In this document: in pieces, positions 5,802 through 10,157 of the stretch | Numbering within the stretch: the first letter of the stretch is position 1 | Layout of the letters: every line of letters starts with the position of its first letter | Assembly: GCA_030668825.1 (NCBI GenBank) | Contig: DAOVET010000095.1 | Span: 1-10,157 of the forward strand | DNA: 10,157 bases | Direction: 5' to 3' | Origin: Candidatus Heimdallarchaeota archaeon | GTDB lineage: Archaea > Asgardarchaeota > Heimdallarchaeia > Heimdallarchaeales > Heimdallarchaeaceae | Position numbers and translations under genes: made by a program | Notes under the pieces: model-generated | Told to the model about the DNA's origin: nothing | The model's input: only the letters and a program-made list of their open reading frames with translations | Database searches by the model: none

Positions 5802-8800
5802 CTAGTTTTTCCTTTTTCTTAAGTAAGTAATTAGAGCTGCTATAGATAACAACCCTAATATTGCATAAAATGTGTTCACTGGACTTCCTTTTGGTTTCTT
5901 TGTTGGAATAATATATGTAGCTTCAATTACATTACCTGCTGCATCTCTTGCATAGATATACAATGTGTTATCTCCTTCAATTAGAGCAGAAACTAATACA
6001 ACAAAGGTTCTCACTTTTCCGGTTCCAGATATGCTAAGGCTTCCACCATTAAGTTCTACAGCCGTTGAAATAATGTCTGTAGTCGTATCTTGAATCTTGA
6101 AATCCAATCTAGCAGATTCTGGGACTGTATAATTTGCCCAAGTTCCACTGGTAATTACTGGTGGGCTTGAATCAAATAGAAACTCACCAATCCATTTATC
6201 ATCAGCAGATTCAAGAATGAATGTGTAGATACCTTCATCTGTATAAGTAAGTCTGTAGCTATATAATCCAACACCAACATCAGTTAACGATACAAAATAG
6301 AATGTTGTTCCAGTTGGCCCTACAATTTCAACAGAGGCAGTAATATATGCAAGTGGATCAAGTGAGTATATGTCAAAATCTACACCTGTTTCATCTTCAC
6401 TGTAATCTGCTGTGATTTTTTCTCTAGCAGTTAACCAGTTGAATGCATTTATTGCAAAAATCTCATTTTGTGTTCCGGAATTGTACAAATCACGATATCC
6501 TTTTGTATCTATATGGAAATTAGTTGAAGTTATCAATACTCTTCCTCCAGCTAAATTCTCCCAGAGAGCAACTGTTGGTTTGTTTGAATACTTTGCTAGA
6601 GCAATAGCATCACCTGTGACAGTTAACGTTGTACCATAATGATCTATGAAATCAACACCTTCAGTAACAGCATGAGTCTTAGTTATTGGTACTTTAACTG
6701 GAGAACCAAAATCATACAAATTGGATGAAGCTTCAATTCCATAAATTGAAATGAGTTCATTTAATCTTGTAATGTTAGTTCCAAGATTTCTATCTCCAGC
6801 AGACGTTTCCTGTAATGATAATCCTAAGAAGTCTACAAATAAACCACCTCCACCAGTTACGTAATTTTGAATGGCCGTAATTTCACTGTCTGTTATTTCT
6901 GTATAACCAGAAATGGTATAATTTTCATCAAGTCGCAACTCAAAGGGATCTGGTATCCAAATAACATCATGTTGATTTAACAAATCTTCAGTAATGACGT
7001 TTTCTTCTCCAGTTATGTTAAGAAATCTATACTCATTAACGGCAATTCCCTTTAATAGAAGGTCTTCAATGGCATATCTATACTGACCAAGGAGATTATC
7101 TATTCCATAATCAGTAAATAACTTTGCATATAGTATTTTTCCTTTACCTTCTTTAACTGTGATTTCTATTGAAGTGGTATCTGTTACACCTGCAGCAGTC
7201 TCATAAGTAATAAAACCTGTATAAAGACCTAAAGCAGCATCGTCAGGAACATTTATTGCCAGATAATAATTTTTTGTCCATGGTCCTGTAACAGCTGTAG
7301 AGTTCAAATCCAGAATAGATGTAATATTCCCACTAAGAACTGGAGCTAAATCTTCCCAAGGAGTTGAAGATACTGATTGGACAAATAATTCTGCATGAAA
7401 TCCTTGAGGTATATTCTGGTATTCAATAATTGGGAAGTATGAATGTGCGTAAAGAATAACTGGGAAACCAGAACCATTAGTGGGCGCAGATTGGATGTTG
7501 GTGTAAGCAGTACCAAAGTTTGCGAGTCCTGCACCGTCACTGAGATAACCGTAAATTCCAGGATTTGCTGACTTCATAAGAGCTGCTTTTATCAAACCTG
7601 CATCATAAAGTATTCCTTGATCTTTTAATGCTTCAATTAGAACTGCTACACCTCCAGCTATATGTGGAGTTGCCATTGAAGTTCCACTTAGAGAAACATA
7701 AGCTGAAGGACTGTCAATTCCACAACTCATTATATCCATACCTGGAGCTCCAATGTCTGGTTTAGGAAAACCATCCGCTGTGGGCCCATTTGAACTAACA
7801 GCATATCTTCCACCTGTTACTGTTGTTCCAGAAACGCTTAATGCATTTGGTGCAGATCCTGGAGAATCTAATGAGTAAAAACCTCTATCACCTGCATTAC
7901 CTGCTGCAGCAGCAACAACCACTCCTTGAGCAATCATTTCTTCTACTGCAATTTCGGTTAAATCCATTCCTTCGCTGTCTCCCCCGCCCCAACTGAGGTT
8001 GACAACATCTACACCTATAGTCAGACCATATTCCATTGCGGCTATTCCAGCTAAAGCATAGACTACTGAACCAGCACCACCTATTTTTGCTATTAGAATG
8101 TCTGCATCTGGAGCCATTCCTATATAATCTCCATTAGCGATTCCTCCTCCAGCAGCTATTCCAGCAGTATGGGTTCCATGTCCATTCAGGTCATCGATTG
8201 AATAATCATCGTGTGGAGCTCCATAGACTGTTAGATGGAATGATTGGCTTGTACTCAATATTCTATCCTCAAAATCGAGATGGTCTTCATATATACCAGA
8301 ATCTATGTCATAAACTACAATATTACTACCTGTATAACCTAGCGCCCAAAGATCATCTATATTGAGTAAATCTCTTGTTTGAATAGTTTGTTTCACACCT
8401 GAAGGATCTAACATAATATATTCAGTTTCTTCTGGTTGTTCATAAAAGTAAAATTTGGAATTTGTGATATCTAAAACAGCATCTACGCCGTCTATTTTTC
8501 TATATTCATCCTTTTTACTCAAATAATCCTCCAAAGCAACCATTTTGAGATTAGAAAATGTTAATTCTTCTACTGGATTGTAAGAATCAACAAAGTTGTT
8601 GAACATTGCTTTTTTATCAAAATGCAGAACAAAAGTTCTCATCGAATCAACAAAAGGTTGTTCTGGAAGAGAAGTAGGTTGTGTAATTATTTCTATTTCT
8701 ATATTAGTGTCATTTTGAGCAACTGATGTCATAATCATCATTGAACTCATTTGAAACATAAACAAAGAAAGTAGAAAGATAGTTGTAACAATTATTGCTT

Positions 8801-8810
8801 TTCGTTTCAT
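5802..8810 (-). CDS. Secreted, C-terminally membrane-anchored S8 subtilase with Site-1-protease-like architecture, 1002 aa
   Basis: Signal peptide and pro-region; catalytic motifs IDSG, NGHGTHTAG and SGTSMATPHIAG; oxyanion AAAGN. These are followed by an Ig/Fn-like segment, a GATase1-like alpha/beta domain (NYVTGGGGLFV, GGRVL), Ig-like segments, a TM helix and RKRKN. Confidence 0.93.
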   Translation of the reverse strand: MKRKAIIVTTIFLLSLFMFQMSSMMIMTSVAQNDTNIEIEIITQPTSLPEQPFVDSMRTFVLHFDKKAMFNNFVDSYNPVEELTFSNLKMVALEDYLSKKDEYRKIDGVDAVLDITNSKFYFYEQPEETEYIMLDPSGVKQTIQTRDLLNIDDLWALGYTGSNIVVYDIDSGIYEDHLDFEDRILSTSQSFHLTVYGAPHDDYSIDDLNGHGTHTAGIAAGGGIANGDYIGMAPDADILIAKIGGAGSVVYALAGIAAMEYGLTIGVDVVNLSWGGGDSEGMDLTEIAVEEMIAQGVVVAAAAGNAGDRGFYSLDSPGSAPNALSVSGTTVTGGRYAVSSNGPTADGFPKPDIGAPGMDIMSCGIDSPSAYVSLSGTSMATPHIAGGVAVLIEALKDQGILYDAGLIKAALMKSANPGIYGYLSDGAGLANFGTAYTNIQSAPTNGSGFPVILYAHSYFPIIEYQNIPQGFHAELFVQSVSSTPWEDLAPVLSGNITSILDLNSTAVTGPWTKNYYLAINVPDDAALGLYTGFITYETAAGVTDTTSIEITVKEGKGKILYAKLFTDYGIDNLLGQYRYAIEDLLLKGIAVNEYRFLNITGEENVITEDLLNQHDVIWIPDPFELRLDENYTISGYTEITDSEITAIQNYVTGGGGLFVDFLGLSLQETSAGDRNLGTNITRLNELISIYGIEASSNLYDFGSPVKVPITKTHAVTEGVDFIDHYGTTLTVTGDAIALAKYSNKPTVALWENLAGGRVLITSTNFHIDTKGYRDLYNSGTQNEIFAINAFNWLTAREKITADYSEDETGVDFDIYSLDPLAYITASVEIVGPTGTTFYFVSLTDVGVGLYSYRLTYTDEGIYTFILESADDKWIGEFLFDSSPPVITSGTWANYTVPESARLDFKIQDTTTDIISTAVELNGGSLSISGTGKVRTFVVLVSALIEGDNTLYIYARDAAGNVIEATYIIPTKKPKGSPVNTFYAILGLLSIAALITYLRKRKN

Positions 8811-8910
8811 AAGTCTCCATTATATTATTACCTTCATAAATTTTTTTGAACACCAGTATCTCAAAATAGATGAGAAAATGTGAATCTATTTCTTCTGTTG
8901 ATACTGCAAT

Positions 8911-8920
8911 TTTTATAAAA
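8911..8920. promoter_or_regulatory. Palindromic TATA-like box TTTTATAAAA between the divergent subtilase and PhzF-family genes
   Basis: Directly visible, about 46 nt upstream of ATG 8967. GAGG at 8954-8957 may act as the SD. Confidence 0.4.
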
Positions 8921-8966
8921 TCCTGAACATTATTCTAGCCAAATAATCCTCTAGAGGCGTTGAAAA

Positions 8967-9809
8967 ATGACAAATGAGCAATTTATCCCTCTTTACCAAC
9001 TAGATTCCTTTAGTAATGAAGCATTCAAAGGAAATCCTGCTGCTGTCTGTTTAATCGTTCGAGAGTATGATGATGCACTTCTTCAGAAAATAGCAGCTGA
9101 AATGAATCTTTCAGAAACAGCATTTATCTATGTTGACAATTTCAAAACTATTAGGAGTGTAGATACTTTTCGATTGAGATGGTTCACTCCTCAAGTAGAA
9201 GTTAATCTGTGCGGGCATGCAACCTTGGCTGCTGCTGCAGTTCTTTTTAATGAATATCACTTGATCGCTGATGTAATTAAATTTGAAACCCTGAGCGGTC
9301 AATTATTGGCTAAAAAATCAGACAAGAAGTTTCAATTAAACTTCCCATTGACTGAATCAAGTATTTGTGAACCCGATGAGAAAATGATTGATGCATTGGG
9401 AATTCATGAATTTGAAAACTGTGTATATTCTGAGATAAGTCAAGACCTTTTAATACAATTGAAAAATATGGAATCTGTGGAGCGGTTATCACCAGATTTC
9501 AACGCAATGAAGATGATTGATTCAAGCAGAACTATAAGAGGTGTAATAGTAACTGCAAAAGGGGATAATTATTATGATTTTGTATCCCGGTTTTTTGCTC
9601 CTTGGGTAGGAATTAACGAAGACCCAGTAACAGGCTCTGCTCACACACTGCTTCAACCTTATTGGTCTAAACTTTTAGTGAAAAATGAAATGAAAGCAAA
9701 GCAAGTTTCTAGTAGAAGCGGAGAGTTAATTGTAAGAGCAACTAAGGAGAATAGAGTCGAAATAGAAGGCGATGCAACCTTAGTTATGAAAGGAAAGTTA
9801 TTACTCTAG
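8967..9809 (+). CDS. PhzF/PhzC-family isomerase/epimerase-like protein
   Basis: FKGNPAAV, EMNLSETAF, RWFTPQVEVNLCGHATLA, SRFFAPWVGINEDPVTGSAH and RSGEL. Confidence 0.93.
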   Translation: MTNEQFIPLYQLDSFSNEAFKGNPAAVCLIVREYDDALLQKIAAEMNLSETAFIYVDNFKTIRSVDTFRLRWFTPQVEVNLCGHATLAAAAVLFNEYHLIADVIKFETLSGQLLAKKSDKKFQLNFPLTESSICEPDEKMIDALGIHEFENCVYSEISQDLLIQLKNMESVERLSPDFNAMKMIDSSRTIRGVIVTAKGDNYYDFVSRFFAPWVGINEDPVTGSAHTLLQPYWSKLLVKNEMKAKQVSSRSGELIVRATKENRVEIEGDATLVMKGKLLL

Positions 9810-10067
9810 GAATCTCATAAAACAAAAGTTGCTCACTTATTTTTCTTTATAAATCTCTGTGTGAAACATATAGATATAATTGTATGGAAAACTGATTATT
9901 TACGAATTTTTAAATGATTAATCAAAGAAACATTAATCCCTAAATATGGCTTCTTAAGTCTTAATGGAATTGTTTAAACTAATTCTAAAAATATGTATTT
10001 ACGTTTAGATATTTATATAAATTCGTTTCACTGAACTGTATATAACTGTTGGTGTGCCATTTAGCTT

Positions 10068-10157
10068 ATGAGAGTCTTACTCACTGGGGCATTTGGAAAT
10101 GTGGGACAAAGTACCTTAGAGGTTTTGCTTAAGAAAGGGTATTTTGTAAAATGTTTT
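10068..10157 (+). CDS. NAD(P)-dependent epimerase/dehydratase or extended SDR, 3'-truncated (missing from the ORF track)
   Basis: Translates as MRVLLTGAFGNVGQSTLEVLLKKGYFVKCF with a TGxxGxxG Rossmann motif and is open to the window edge. TATATAA at 10039-10045 suggests a leaderless mRNA. Confidence 0.85.
   Translation, partial: MRVLLTGAFGNVGQSTLEVLLKKGYFVKCF

Noticed and set aside
6412-7540. Short ORFs 6412-6639 (+) and 7346-7540 (-)
   Set aside because: Both lie inside the uninterrupted subtilase CDS, with no sign of frameshifting.
9111-9492. Minus-strand ORFs 9111-9302 and 9310-9492
   Set aside because: Antisense shadows of the PhzF-family gene.
8967-9809. Phenazine biosynthesis cluster
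   Set aside because: Standalone PhzF-family proteins are widespread and no other phz genes are present.
9810-10067. 258-bp AT-rich intergenic gap as a hidden gene or RNA
   Set aside because: Only very short ORFs and weak AT-rich dyads were found. It is explained by a T-tract terminator near 9840 and the downstream promoter.

Overview
AT-rich archaeal-looking window. Archaeal-style TATA boxes, GGTGA/AGGTGA Shine-Dalgarno motifs, apparently leaderless starts and the gene set suggest an Asgard-type archaeon (inference only). In order it holds: the 3' part of a membrane-anchored surface protein; a GC-richer intergenic segment that folds best as a minus-strand structured RNA with its own TATA box; an MglA-like small GTPase with a TVPGE motif and no adjacent MglB; an Arg-rich unknown protein divergent from a ParM/StbA (Ta0583-like) actin-fold ATPase; a psd-pssA operon for serine/ethanolamine phospholipid head groups; a 1002-aa membrane-anchored subtilase whose post-catalytic domains resemble eukaryotic Site-1 protease (MBTPS1); a PhzF-family protein; and the start of an NAD(P)-dependent epimerase/dehydratase. 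The best leads are the S1P-like protease next to lipid synthesis genes, the putative ncRNA at about 1218-1350, and the MglA / unknown / actin-like trio. Family comparisons are from memory and need real alignments.
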